Origin: an uncultured archaeon
GTDB taxonomy: Archaea; Asgardarchaeota; Jordiarchaeia; Jordiarchaeales; Jordiarchaeaceae
DNA: 32,000 nucleotides
Reading direction: 5' to 3'
Assembly: GCA_964510585.1 (NCBI GenBank)
Contig: CAZECW010000099.1
Coordinates: forward strand, 4,278-36,277
Shown here: positions 6,964 through 16,565 of the stretch, piece by piece
Numbering within the stretch: position 1 is the stretch's first letter
How the letters are laid out: each line of letters begins with the position of its first letter
Made by a program: the position numbers and the translations under genes
The notes under the pieces: model-generated
The model's input: only the letters and a program-made list of their open reading frames with translations
What the model was told of the DNA's origin: nothing
Database searches by the model: none

Positions 6964-8898
6964 ATGGCTTTAGAAGCGGAGGTTACTTTTCAGCCTGAGG
7001 GTAAACGTGTGAGGGTTAAACTTGGCGAAACGGTATTAGAGGCGGCTAAACGTGTGGGCGCTGATCTAACCTCAATTTGTGGGGGCGAGCGCACTTGTGG
7101 AAAATGTAGAGTCATAGTTGGGAGGGGGGAAAACACGGGCTCCATAATGGATGTGGAGAGAAAATTTTTATCCTCAGAAGAGATAACTGCAGGTTATAGA
7201 TTGGCTTGCTGCACACAGGTTAGGGGTAACCTCACAGTTAGAATACCGGAGGAGAGTAGGACTGGCCGCCAGAGGCTTCAAGTTGAGGGGATAGAAACTC
7301 CGGTGAAGCTAGAACCACTCATCAACAAATACTTTCTTAGACTGTCGAAACCATCCCTCCAAGATCCCAAGGCTGACTTTGAAAAACTGTTAGAAGAATT
7401 ACAGTCTCAATACGGTCTTAAGGATTTGGAAATAAGTTTCGATATTCTCCAAAAGCTGCCAATCATTTTAAGGGAAGGTGAATGGAAGGTAACGGTCACC
7501 ACTTGGCGGAATGAGGTAATAATCGGTGTGGAGCCTGGGGATAAGACACACAGAATCTTTGGGTACGCTGTGGACATTGGAACCACGAAACTCGCAGGGT
7601 ATCTCCTTGACCTAACTACGGGGAGGGTGGTTGCTGTGGACTCTTTGATGAATCCGCAGATACCATACGGCGAAGACGTCATAACAAGAATTACTTATGC
7701 AACGAAGGGAGTCGAGGAGCAAAAGGAACTCCAACGAGTAATTGTCAATGGTGTAAACCAGCTCCTTAAAGGACTCCTGGAAAAGACAGATGTTAAGCCA
7801 GAAGAAGTTTACGAGATGGTTGTGGTGGGCAATACTGCTATGCATCACCTCTTCCTGAACATTTGCCCCAAATTTTTAGCTTTATCACCGTACCCTCCTG
7901 CCATTAAAAGGGGATTGGATGTTAACGCAGAAAAAATTGGGGTGCGGATTAATCCGAATGGTAATGTTCATGTTCTTCCTGTGATAGCGGGGTTTGTGGG
8001 AGCCGACGCTGTTGCTGTAATTTTGGCAACAGAGATGTACAAAAGAGACGAACTTTGTATGGCGTTAGATATTGGGACAAATACAGAGGTTTTTTTGGGA
8101 AATAAAGAGGGGATATTTGCGTGTTCCTGTGCTTCTGGCCCTGCTCTTGAGGGGGCTCGCATAAAGTATGGGATGAGGGCGGCAAGTGGCGCAATTGAGA
8201 GGGTGAAAATAGATCCCAATACTCTCGCAGTTAATTATTGGACTATAGATAATGATAGGCCTCATGGGATTTGTGGCTCCGCTATGGTAGATATTTTAGC
8301 GGAGATGTTGAAGGCCGGAATAATAGATGTTTCAGGGGTTATGAATAGAAACTTGGCCTCAGATAGGTTGCGTTCTGGAAAGGCGGGGCTTGAGTTCGTA
8401 TTGGCTTGGAAGGAGGAAGCTGCTACAAAGGAGGACATAGTTTTCACCCAGAACGACGTTAAGGAAATTATTTTGGCAAAATCAGCTATACACACGGGAA
8501 CCATGACGCTTATGAGAAAGAAGGGCATAGTTGAGGCGGATATAGATATACTCTTCATAGCTGGGGCCTTCGGCTCCTATATAGACCCGGAAAACGCGAG
8601 AATAATAGGTATGTATCCTGAGGTACCACTGGAGAAGGTGAAGATAGTAGGTAATGCTGCGGGGACTGGGGCAAGGATGGCCCTAGTTTCCAGTACAGCC
8701 AGAAACACTACTGAAGAAATATCGAGAAAGGTGAATTATGTAGAGCTTGCTGCGGAACCCAATTTTCAATCAGAGTTCCTTAACTCGTACTTCTTACCTT
8801 ACGCAGACCTGTCGAAGTATCCACAGACCAGCGAGCTACTAAAAAAATTGGGAAGGTACCCCAAAAGGCCCCCAGTCTATTTTCCAAGTAAAACCTAA
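6964..8898 (+). CDS. RamA/RACo-type ASKHA ATPase, reductive activator of corrinoid proteins, with N-terminal 2Fe-2S domain
   Basis: 644 aa with CGGERTCGKC..RLAC, AVDIGTTKL, DIGTNTE, GICGS and IAGAFGSY motifs. Confidence 0.95.
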   Translation: MALEAEVTFQPEGKRVRVKLGETVLEAAKRVGADLTSICGGERTCGKCRVIVGRGENTGSIMDVERKFLSSEEITAGYRLACCTQVRGNLTVRIPEESRTGRQRLQVEGIETPVKLEPLINKYFLRLSKPSLQDPKADFEKLLEELQSQYGLKDLEISFDILQKLPIILREGEWKVTVTTWRNEVIIGVEPGDKTHRIFGYAVDIGTTKLAGYLLDLTTGRVVAVDSLMNPQIPYGEDVITRITYATKGVEEQKELQRVIVNGVNQLLKGLLEKTDVKPEEVYEMVVVGNTAMHHLFLNICPKFLALSPYPPAIKRGLDVNAEKIGVRINPNGNVHVLPVIAGFVGADAVAVILATEMYKRDELCMALDIGTNTEVFLGNKEGIFACSCASGPALEGARIKYGMRAASGAIERVKIDPNTLAVNYWTIDNDRPHGICGSAMVDILAEMLKAGIIDVSGVMNRNLASDRLRSGKAGLEFVLAWKEEAATKEDIVFTQNDVKEIILAKSAIHTGTMTLMRKKGIVEADIDILFIAGAFGSYIDPENARIIGMYPEVPLEKVKIVGNAAGTGARMALVSSTARNTTEEISRKVNYVELAAEPNFQSEFLNSYFLPYADLSKYPQTSELLKKLGRYPKRPPVYFPSKT

Positions 8899-9032
8899 GT
8901 ATATATTTTACTTTAAGTAGTGTCGCTCAATTAGTTGTTTGAAGCGGGATGAGAGATAATTAAAAATTGTTTGAAGGATGAAAATTGACATATTGTATTT
9001 TGATGATAGTTAAATTATTAGTTATGTGTTAG

Positions 9033-9956
9033 GTGATGAGTTTGTTCAAATTTGAGAGAGAACAAAAAATTTTTGATGTGGCCGGCGTCAAAATTGGAGG
9101 ACAGCCGGGGCAGCTCCCCACTGTAATGATTGGAACCATTTTCTATCATAAAGATAAAATTGTGAAAGACGAAAAGACTGGAGAATTTGACAAGGAAAGC
9201 GCAGAAAAACTTCTAAAGGCTGAGGAGGAAATATCTTCCAAAACTGGGAACCCCAGAATAGTTGACGTTTGCTCTTCATGGCCTCAGGCCTTTGAGAAAT
9301 TCATTGACTTCGTGGCAGACAGGATTGATGGACCGTTTTGCATTGATGGAACAACTGCTGATGTTAGGATGGCTGGAGCTAAATATGTTGGGGAAACCGG
9401 CTTGGCAGAACGCGTTATTTATAATTCGATAGCTCCAGAAATTAAGGAGGCTGAGATTTCAGCAATTAAAGAGGCGAAAATAAAAACTGCAATATTACTG
9501 CTGCTTAACACAGAAAAGCCACTTATCGCTGGGAGATTAGAGGTAATTGACAAATTACTGGAGAAGGCAAGAATGACAGGCGTAGAGAAAATACTCATAG
9601 ACACAGCGGTATTTGACATACAGGACCCCGGACCCACGGGCAAAACCATTTATTTAGTTAAGGAAAGGTATGGTTACCCAGCAGGATGCGGAGCCCATAA
9701 CGCCATAGATATATGGAACAAACGCAGAAAGCTAAGCCCAGAAACATATTTTGCCAGCAGTCTAGTCGCCAACATTCTACCCGTAGTCATGGGAGCCAAC
9801 TTCATGCTATACGGCCCCATTAAAAACGCATCCAAAATATACGTTCCCGTTGCAGTTACAGACGCATACGTAGCCTACACCATGTGGCAGGAACACAATT
9901 ATATGCCCTCAACAAAGAACCACCCCTTCTTCAATTTAAGTAGAATAGCCACTTAA
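9033..9956 (+). CDS. MtrH-family methylcorrinoid:pterin methyltransferase (MtgA/MtoA-like MT2)
   Basis: 307 aa with GVKIGGQPGQLPTVMIGTIFY, IYNSI, GCGAHNA and GANFMLYGPI, all typical of the MtrH family. No other mtr genes nearby. Confidence 0.9.
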   Translation: MMSLFKFEREQKIFDVAGVKIGGQPGQLPTVMIGTIFYHKDKIVKDEKTGEFDKESAEKLLKAEEEISSKTGNPRIVDVCSSWPQAFEKFIDFVADRIDGPFCIDGTTADVRMAGAKYVGETGLAERVIYNSIAPEIKEAEISAIKEAKIKTAILLLLNTEKPLIAGRLEVIDKLLEKARMTGVEKILIDTAVFDIQDPGPTGKTIYLVKERYGYPAGCGAHNAIDIWNKRRKLSPETYFASSLVANILPVVMGANFMLYGPIKNASKIYVPVAVTDAYVAYTMWQEHNYMPSTKNHPFFNLSRIAT

Positions 9957-10355
9957 ACCATCAATTAAAGAGGTTATAATAATGTGGAAAAGTCCCTATT
10001 AGTGTTCCTTTTTGGAACATGCGGCATAAAATTAAACCATGTCGTTCCTTCAGACAACCAAAATATTTGGCACTCCTTAAATTAATCCCCCCTATTTTTC
10101 TAAACCATTTATTAGAGCGGAGCTATTGTCCGAACTAAGAATTAATTTTCCAAGAGTTTGTAATATTTTTCTTGTTTTGGATGGTGACTTCATAAAAGCA
10201 ACATACATTACGTAGTCTTCAAGTAGATAACCGCCAACCTGTTTTGCGACCTGTTCATTGTTTTATTTTTGTGCAACCCTTTAGATGGGGGAGAAAAATT
10301 GAGCTAACTCCGCTGCTGCCTGAAGGAAATTGGTTTGGCGATTCGGATTTTTTGT

Positions 10356-10769
10356 TCAAAGTTTTTGGGGCGGTATTCTTTCTATTTCTTCTACCTTATC
10401 GTAGATGGTATCCGTTGATATTATTTTTTTATCTGTTAGTAGCGTCGTTGAGGCGTGGAGGGAGTCGAAATATGTTAGTCCAGCTATTTTGCTGCGTAGC
10501 TCTGAGGCTTTGAGTATGATCTCTGAGGTTAATTTTTTCTCGTCTAAGTGAGGGTATCTTCGGAAGGCTGAAATTTCGGCTCTTATATCATCTTCGGGGT
10601 ATCCTTTTGATTTATGGATTAGCTCGTATTCTAGGTAAGCCGATGTTGCAACTGAGATGTTTTTTATCCTTTTTTCCTTGATTTTTAGGAATATGCTGTC
10701 CGCCACGTTGTGGAGATTATCTGAAGAGTTTACTAGTGCTATTAGTATGTCAACCTCTATTATGGGCAT
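10356..10769 (-). CDS. vapC: VapC-type PIN-domain toxin
   Basis: Likely start is ATG 10769 (MPIIEVDILIAL). PIN acidic residues in LEYELI, YFDSLHAST and STD. Overlaps the upstream antitoxin. Confidence 0.85.
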   Translation of the reverse strand: MPIIEVDILIALVNSSDNLHNVADSIFLKIKEKRIKNISVATSAYLEYELIHKSKGYPEDDIRAEISAFRRYPHLDEKKLTSEIILKASELRSKIAGLTYFDSLHASTTLLTDKKIISTDTIYDKVEEIERIPPQKL

Positions 10770-11022
10770 GTTTTTCACGCCCAGCTTCACTTTCAATTAT
10801 TGAGTCTGCCAGATGCTCAACTTTTTCATATGTGGTGTTTGGATCTTTTCTCTTTCCTTTGAGGAAAGCGTAGGGGTCTTGTAGTACTCGGATTTGGAGT
10901 AGACCCTCCTCCTTCTTGATGACTTGCCATTCGAGTTTGTCTCCGGTTCTAATTTTCATCAGCTGTCTTATTTTGCTGGGAATAGTTGTTAAACCCTTTT
11001 TGCTAACCGTACTAGTTTCCAC
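10750..11022 (-). CDS. vapB: AbrB/MazE/SpoVT-family antitoxin
   Basis: STVSKKGLTTIPSKIRQLMKIRTGDKLEW is an AbrB-type swapped hairpin; GGAGG SD; directly upstream of the PIN gene. Confidence 0.85.
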   Translation of the reverse strand: METSTVSKKGLTTIPSKIRQLMKIRTGDKLEWQVIKKEEGLLQIRVLQDPYAFLKGKRKDPNTTYEKVEHLADSIIESEAGREKHAHNRG

Positions 11023-11175
11023 TAAGAAACCTCCAAATTCTAAGAAAAAAATAAATTCTAAGTATATAACTTTTGCCTAGAAAAAAGTTTATCCCACAAT
11101 CTTAACAGTTGCTGTTTCTCTGGCAATGCGATAAGGGGTCGTAGCTTCAGGATGAAATCCTATTTTTTGGTTAAT

Positions 11176-11598
11176 TTATATTGACAGTATTAGAATGGTG
11201 AATGTGAATTGTTGTTGGGCGAGATATTGGTAAATCATGTAGTAAAGGTAAAGCCCTAGGTACTGGGTTATTCCCCCCATGGTTTCTGCGATGATTGGAA
11301 GAAACCATTCCCATCTAACGGATATTCCAATAACGAGGAGACATACAATCAGAGCTATGGCGGGCCCTGTGCGGTGATAGGAGGTTATCAGTTTTAGTAG
11401 GTTCCAGACGAAAAGAACTAGTCCTACTATGAAAAGAATCCCGAAGATTAGATTTAATATGTCGTGCACTAGTGGATTAAAGAGTATCCAATATACGTCC
11501 ATATCTGAGGCCTCTCTTCCCAATTTTGAACGGAGGATATATAAGCCCCACGAAAATGAGTTTAACAACAAAAAGAAGTAGTACCTGAACCGCACCAT
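11176..11598 (-). CDS. Hypothetical membrane protein
   Basis: 140-aa ORF with 3-4 hydrophobic segments. Confidence 0.7.
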   Translation of the reverse strand: MVRFRYYFFLLLNSFSWGLYILRSKLGREASDMDVYWILFNPLVHDILNLIFGILFIVGLVLFVWNLLKLITSYHRTGPAIALIVCLLVIGISVRWEWFLPIIAETMGGITQYLGLYLYYMIYQYLAQQQFTFTILILSI

Positions 11599-11781
11599 TT
11601 ATGAAACTGTTGCCGCCCCCGTCTGGAAATGGAAGCGTGAATGCTTGCCATTTTTATGCGTATTGCTTTTTTGCAATCACCGAAATGGTTTTAACCTCTG
11701 CCTAGTTTACAGATTATTTATCGTAAGTAACGTATTCTCTCTGTAATTTTTCTTGTCATTGGTTGTTTGAAGGGTTATTAG

Positions 11782-12954
11782 ATGTGTCCTGAGAAATTTT
11801 GGAAACGCGAAGACGGAAAAGAGGGTTGGAAAGATGAGGAAATGGCTGACTTGTATTGGCATATTGACACTCCGGAGTACGTTATTCGTGGAGCGGTGAT
11901 AGCAAGCATTCCCCAAGGGATTCTTCCTCCAAGTTTATTCGTTTTCGCGACTTGGACTAATAGTGGAGTAAACTTCTCATATTTTGTTTCGCCAGAAAAA
12001 GATTTAGACTTGGAGTATGCCAGGAGAAACGGTGTCTCAGTGGGTGTTCGCGGAACCGTAACTGGCGGCTGCTCCTGGACTGATAAGGGGAGCCCGGGTA
12101 ACGCGGTGGGATTTAGTAGAAACCATCCTAAGTGCCCCTCCTCCTTGAGTGAGCTTTATAGAATAGTTTTTACAGCCTATGCTGACGCCATCAGTGAAGA
12201 GTACGGTGTTAAAACCAGATTCAGACCCATAAACGACATTGAGATTCTGTGTGATGATGGTGTGTGGAGGAAGTTTGGTTTGGCTGGTGGATTGGAGTCT
12301 TCGAGTTTTCTAGCTGTTGGAAACTCTGTACAATTAACTGAAGTTCCTTGGGACTTGGTGGACAAGGTTATAATTCCGCCCCCCGAAAAGTTTGCAGACA
12401 AGGAAACCAAAACCCTCAGAGACCGGTCAACATTCTTCAACAAAGTGGTGGGAAGAGAGGTATCCTTTGAGGAGCTAGAGACGATTCTTAAGAAGGGAGT
12501 AGAGAGGGCTTTTAATGTTACCTTCATTCCAACCAAAATTTATTGGGAAGACATCCCGTTCTACAACAGTATCAAGAAGCTACTCACCTCCGAAGACTGG
12601 TTTTACGCCAGAACGGAACGAAAAAAGTTCCAAAACACACCAATAACCCCTGAGGTAAAAAGGGGGGAAGCATTGGAAAAGATTCCCCAAGGTCCATTGG
12701 TGAGGGTAACTGTTCTGGTGAGGAACGAAAAAATATACAATATTTTAATCACCGGCTCAATACATGCAACCCCAATAATACCAGAATCCCCAATAGATGC
12801 TATGGAAAGAGAAATCCAAGGAGTACCAGCAGAAAAAAATTCAGTAGGAGAAAAAGTGGAAAAAATATTCAACACAGAATCCTACCAGATAATGAATATT
12901 ACACCAGAACAGTTCACAGAAATCATAATGAAGGCAATCAAAGCAGCATCATAA
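11782..12954 (+). CDS. Divergent lipoate-protein ligase A family (BPL/LplA/LipB fold) protein with C-terminal domain
   Basis: DLDLEYARRNGV, TGG..D, RPINDIE..RKF (catalytic Lys region) and PPEKFADKE segments. Confidence 0.8.
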   Translation: MCPEKFWKREDGKEGWKDEEMADLYWHIDTPEYVIRGAVIASIPQGILPPSLFVFATWTNSGVNFSYFVSPEKDLDLEYARRNGVSVGVRGTVTGGCSWTDKGSPGNAVGFSRNHPKCPSSLSELYRIVFTAYADAISEEYGVKTRFRPINDIEILCDDGVWRKFGLAGGLESSSFLAVGNSVQLTEVPWDLVDKVIIPPPEKFADKETKTLRDRSTFFNKVVGREVSFEELETILKKGVERAFNVTFIPTKIYWEDIPFYNSIKKLLTSEDWFYARTERKKFQNTPITPEVKRGEALEKIPQGPLVRVTVLVRNEKIYNILITGSIHATPIIPESPIDAMEREIQGVPAEKNSVGEKVEKIFNTESYQIMNITPEQFTEIIMKAIKAAS

Positions 12955-13210
12955 AAAGACAAACTGCAGCACAGAATCACCCACGCTCTGGTTTCAGACA
13001 GCCTCAAGCTTTTATACGTCAAGTTTCGTATTTCTGTCTTTGTGGATTTCCATCTTTCCCCATTTTATTTTTGCTGTGCTGAGGCATTAAATTTATGGTA
13101 GGCTGAGTGAATTAATGGTATTTTTTGTTATAGTTACATGGTTAATGATAAGATTTAATAGAAGTTTTCTGCTTTATTTTTATTTAAGCAGTGACCTGGG
13201 GATCTTTTTA

Positions 13211-13708
13211 ATGATTCATAGTTTCTACCTGTTCAGAAAGAGTGGTGAGTGTGTTATCTACAGGTCTTATGGAGAATCTGAAATAGATGAAAATCTGGTT
13301 TCAGGATTTTTGGGAGCTGCATTTTCTTTTGGAAGTAAGGTTAGTGGGCGGAATATTGAGAGTGTATTTTTGAAGGACAAAAAGTTTGTTTTCCTAACCA
13401 AGGATAACCTCATTTTCGGGGCATACGCAGATGAAAATGACACGGTTAAAGAAGAGCTCGAAATCATCAGAGACGAGTTCATTGGAACCTATGGCAACCT
13501 GGAAGACTGGGACGGAAACCGAGACCGGTTCCTAGACTTTCTTCCAAAACTAGACAGTATCATCGGCTCATCAGGAAAAAAAGCTCCCCACACACTACTA
13601 GACAGTTTCATACAAAAAATACAAACCGGAGAAACATGGGCAATAAAAGAATCATTAGACAAATGGATAGACTCCTTAAAAGAAAAAATCAGAAAAGCTG
13701 AGGAATAA
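13211..13708 (+). CDS. Longin-like (roadblock/longin superfamily) domain protein
   Basis: Probable start is ATG 13211, in frame with the track ORF 13115. Pattern MIHSFYLFRKSGECVIYRSY..DENLVSGFLGAA..F.....DWDGN..F..F..KLDSII. Confidence 0.7.
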   Translation: MIHSFYLFRKSGECVIYRSYGESEIDENLVSGFLGAAFSFGSKVSGRNIESVFLKDKKFVFLTKDNLIFGAYADENDTVKEELEIIRDEFIGTYGNLEDWDGNRDRFLDFLPKLDSIIGSSGKKAPHTLLDSFIQKIQTGETWAIKESLDKWIDSLKEKIRKAEE

Positions 13709-13824
13709 AATCTGCTCCATAATGGGAAAGACCAGGAGAACAGCAGAAATCAACATAACTTAGATGGGGATTCCCTGCCCAAATTGCAACACCAATGAAT
13801 TTTGAATTCCTAATCCTTTCCTCT

Positions 13825-14049
13825 TTACTTTTCCGGTCTAACAATTAGATACCCTTTTTCTATGAGCCAGTGGTGGAACTGGTAAGTGGTGTATATGCAA
13901 TCGGTTTTACAAATATTTCTAATTTTCTCGTATTCCTCCGAGCCTTCTTTATACTTCTCCAGTTCTAATTGAATCCGGCATTTTACATCTTTACAGAATT
14001 CTCTTCTCTTATAATCAACGTACCCAGGAATCGACACGATTTTTCCCAT
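13825..14049 (-). CDS. Small Cys/His-containing hypothetical protein
   Basis: 74 aa with CKDVKC, CKTDC and FHHWL; protein-like composition. Confidence 0.75.
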   Translation of the reverse strand: MGKIVSIPGYVDYKRREFCKDVKCRIQLELEKYKEGSEEYEKIRNICKTDCIYTTYQFHHWLIEKGYLIVRPEK

Positions 14050-14190
14050 CCCATTTTTTGCTTTTCCAGTTTTTAGTCGCTCTTAAAAATGGTTTAAAAT
14101 AAAATTATCAATATATTTTCACATCGGCTCCTTATATTTTATTTCTTCGCTCTATTCTTACTCCTACCCCGCAACATATCTTTGCAAGGT

Positions 14191-15459
14191 TTAAATTTTT
14201 TGGAAGCACAGCAGGTGAACTATTTCTTTTGCGTATTTTACCATGTCTCCTATGTTTATGCTTTCGTCTGCTCCGTGAAAGTTGGATAGGAGATCACCTA
14301 CTCCCATGATTGCCACATCGTGTCCTTTTTCCGCCACGTATCCCATATCTGTGGCTCCCGCTGCACCCAAGTAGCCGACGTCTAGACCAGTTACATGTTT
14401 TACTGCCGCGGCGAGCTTTTTGACTATTGGTTTTTGAGGCGAGATTTTTAGGGGTTTATAGGCTCTCACCACACTGGTTTCTATTGCTAGGGCTTTACTC
14501 TTCTTTTTCGCGGCTTCTATGGTTTCCATAAATTCAGCCACCACTTCCTCCTCTTTTTCTTCAGGTATGTATCTGCGATCGATTGAGAATCGGCATTCGC
14601 TGGGGATGATGTTTTCTTTTACTCCTCCCTTTATCATGTTTATTGAGAAGAGGGGTATCATTTTGTCACCGTAGGGTGTGGGTAGGCCCGGAACTTCGGA
14701 CCTTCTCTCCATAACTTTTTCCTTAAGTTTTAGGAGTTCTTCAAGTATGGGTACGGTGTTCTCAACTGCATTTATGGCAGTCCAGAATGCCATGGTGTGC
14801 GCCGACTTGCCCTTGACTGCAACATCAAAAACAATGCTTCCCGCAGTTCCGATACCTATTATTTGGTGTACAGCCTCCCCACAAATCACATCTCCCTTAA
14901 TGTATCCTTGATCTGCAAGATAGTAGACTCCGGGGTAGACACCGATTTCTTCGTCTGTACACATAACACACGTTATATTATAGTTGGGTTTTAGGTCGAG
15001 TTCATTTATTACCTTTAGGGCGAGGAGAACTGTGGCTATAAATCCCTTCATATCGCTGGCTCCCCGACCATAAATTCTACCCTCCTTAATAATACCCTCA
15101 AATGGGGGAACACTCCACTTCTCCTCCACTGGCACCACATCTGTGTGAGCGTAGAAAGTTATGTAAGGTTTATCATCCCCAAAAATCTTATTAGCTACAA
15201 GATTCACTCGCGGACCCTCTAAGGGCGCCGGAATCTTTTTCACCATTTCTTCCGGCACGACTACTCTTTCGGTTTTAAAGCCGAGGTTGGAGAATTGAGG
15301 TTCAAGATATTCGACAATTTCTTCATAGTTATTTCCAGGGGGCACAACTGTCCTAATTTTAATTAAATCTTTTAAGATGCTCACTGCCTCGTCTGCAAAG
15401 TTTTCCACGAGACTAAAAGCTTTGTTCTCACCCAAGACTGCTACACCTCTACTCAACAT
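14191..15459 (-). CDS. M20 family metallopeptidase/deacylase (ArgE/DapE-like)
   Basis: HTDVVP, GRGASDMKG, DEEIG, GKSAH, ATDM and HGADE motifs. Confidence 0.93.
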   Translation of the reverse strand: MLSRGVAVLGENKAFSLVENFADEAVSILKDLIKIRTVVPPGNNYEEIVEYLEPQFSNLGFKTERVVVPEEMVKKIPAPLEGPRVNLVANKIFGDDKPYITFYAHTDVVPVEEKWSVPPFEGIIKEGRIYGRGASDMKGFIATVLLALKVINELDLKPNYNITCVMCTDEEIGVYPGVYYLADQGYIKGDVICGEAVHQIIGIGTAGSIVFDVAVKGKSAHTMAFWTAINAVENTVPILEELLKLKEKVMERRSEVPGLPTPYGDKMIPLFSINMIKGGVKENIIPSECRFSIDRRYIPEEKEEEVVAEFMETIEAAKKKSKALAIETSVVRAYKPLKISPQKPIVKKLAAAVKHVTGLDVGYLGAAGATDMGYVAEKGHDVAIMGVGDLLSNFHGADESINIGDMVKYAKEIVHLLCFQKI

Positions 15460-15842
15460 ATTTACCTGATACGCTCAACATTTTGAGAAAACTTTAATTT
15501 TTGTCAAGTGGTGACCATTTAAGCGCATTTAATTTCGTTATTACTTAATATTTTGCATAGTTCTTCTATATATCGGTTAGCATTCAACTTTCTTTCCGTC
15601 ACCTGTCTGAGTAGGTAGACTGCCCTCTTTTTTGCCTCGTGGCAGAGTAGTAGGTTACTGGTTTTTCTTTTTGGAGGGATTAGAGGGTTACTTAAAATTA
15701 TTGTGGAAAAATGCTTCTCTCTCCTCCAAGTATGGTTAGTAATCGCATATGAAATAGGAACGCTCTTAAGAAAAATAAACAATTGTGCGGAGCTCTGGAT
15801 AGGTTATGTTTACAGTTAAAAATTAGTTTACTTGATCATTCT

Positions 15843-16421
15843 TTAGTTTTCAATTGAGAGTTTTGCGAGTTCCTTATTGTTCCGAAAAAGTTCTTTGAGA
15901 CTTTTTTGGTAAATTTCAAGAGGTAGTGATTCTTTTGGTTCGTTTGATTCGTTTTCTGATATTTTTCCGCTTATATTATAGATTTCTTCTGCTAGTTCTT
16001 CTGCAAGTTTTTCTTTGTTTTTGTACGCTGCTTCCAACTCTTTGTTCTCTATTTTTTTCGAGGTGCTTAGAGCCGCAAAGAACCCCATTAGGATGTTTTC
16101 GGTGTCTCTTTTGATCTGCTCCTTTGTTATGGGTGGGGCTTTGTTGTAGTTTGGTATAAATAGTTTGTAGTTTGATTGGTAAAACTTCTGGACTATTCCG
16201 TGTTTTTCCACTTCGGTTTTTTTCACTGAGATTAGACCTGCTTCTTTTAACTGTTTAAGGTGGTATAGTGTGTTTGCCTTGTTTATATTCAGATGTTTCG
16301 AAATCTGGGTGAGAGTCATTGGTTCTTTTGAGAGTAGTTCAAGTATTCGTTTTTTGAAGTTGTCGGATATTAGTTCGATTTCTTCAGGTTTTTCGGTTAA
16401 AAAAATCTTTGATTTCAGCAT
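15843..16421 (-). CDS. ArsR-family winged-helix transcriptional regulator
   Basis: KRILELLSKEPMTLTQISKHLNINKANTLYHLKQLKEAGLI plus wing KFY. Likely start is ATG 16421; divergent from ino1. Confidence 0.88.
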   Translation of the reverse strand: MLKSKIFLTEKPEEIELISDNFKKRILELLSKEPMTLTQISKHLNINKANTLYHLKQLKEAGLISVKKTEVEKHGIVQKFYQSNYKLFIPNYNKAPPITKEQIKRDTENILMGFFAALSTSKKIENKELEAAYKNKEKLAEELAEEIYNISGKISENESNEPKESLPLEIYQKSLKELFRNNKELAKLSIEN

Positions 16422-16565
16422 CGTGCTATTCACGGCGGTCCCTAATTTGACGACATAGTCATTCTTGTTGATAAAGTTATCGGTTATTAATCGGTAGAAA
16501 AATTTATATTGGTTAAAAATTTTTTACTAATCAAAAATTTTTTATCAAAAACAGGGGTGGTTGAA

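Noticed and set aside
13722-13805. Mini-ORF MGKTRRTAEINIT*MGIPCPNCNTNEF with a CPNC motif
   Set aside because: Too short, interrupted, and has only one CxxC. At most an unidentifiable remnant.
15519-15782. 87-aa minus-strand ORF
   Set aside because: TTG start without SD and no recognisable motif. It spans a probable terminator/promoter region.
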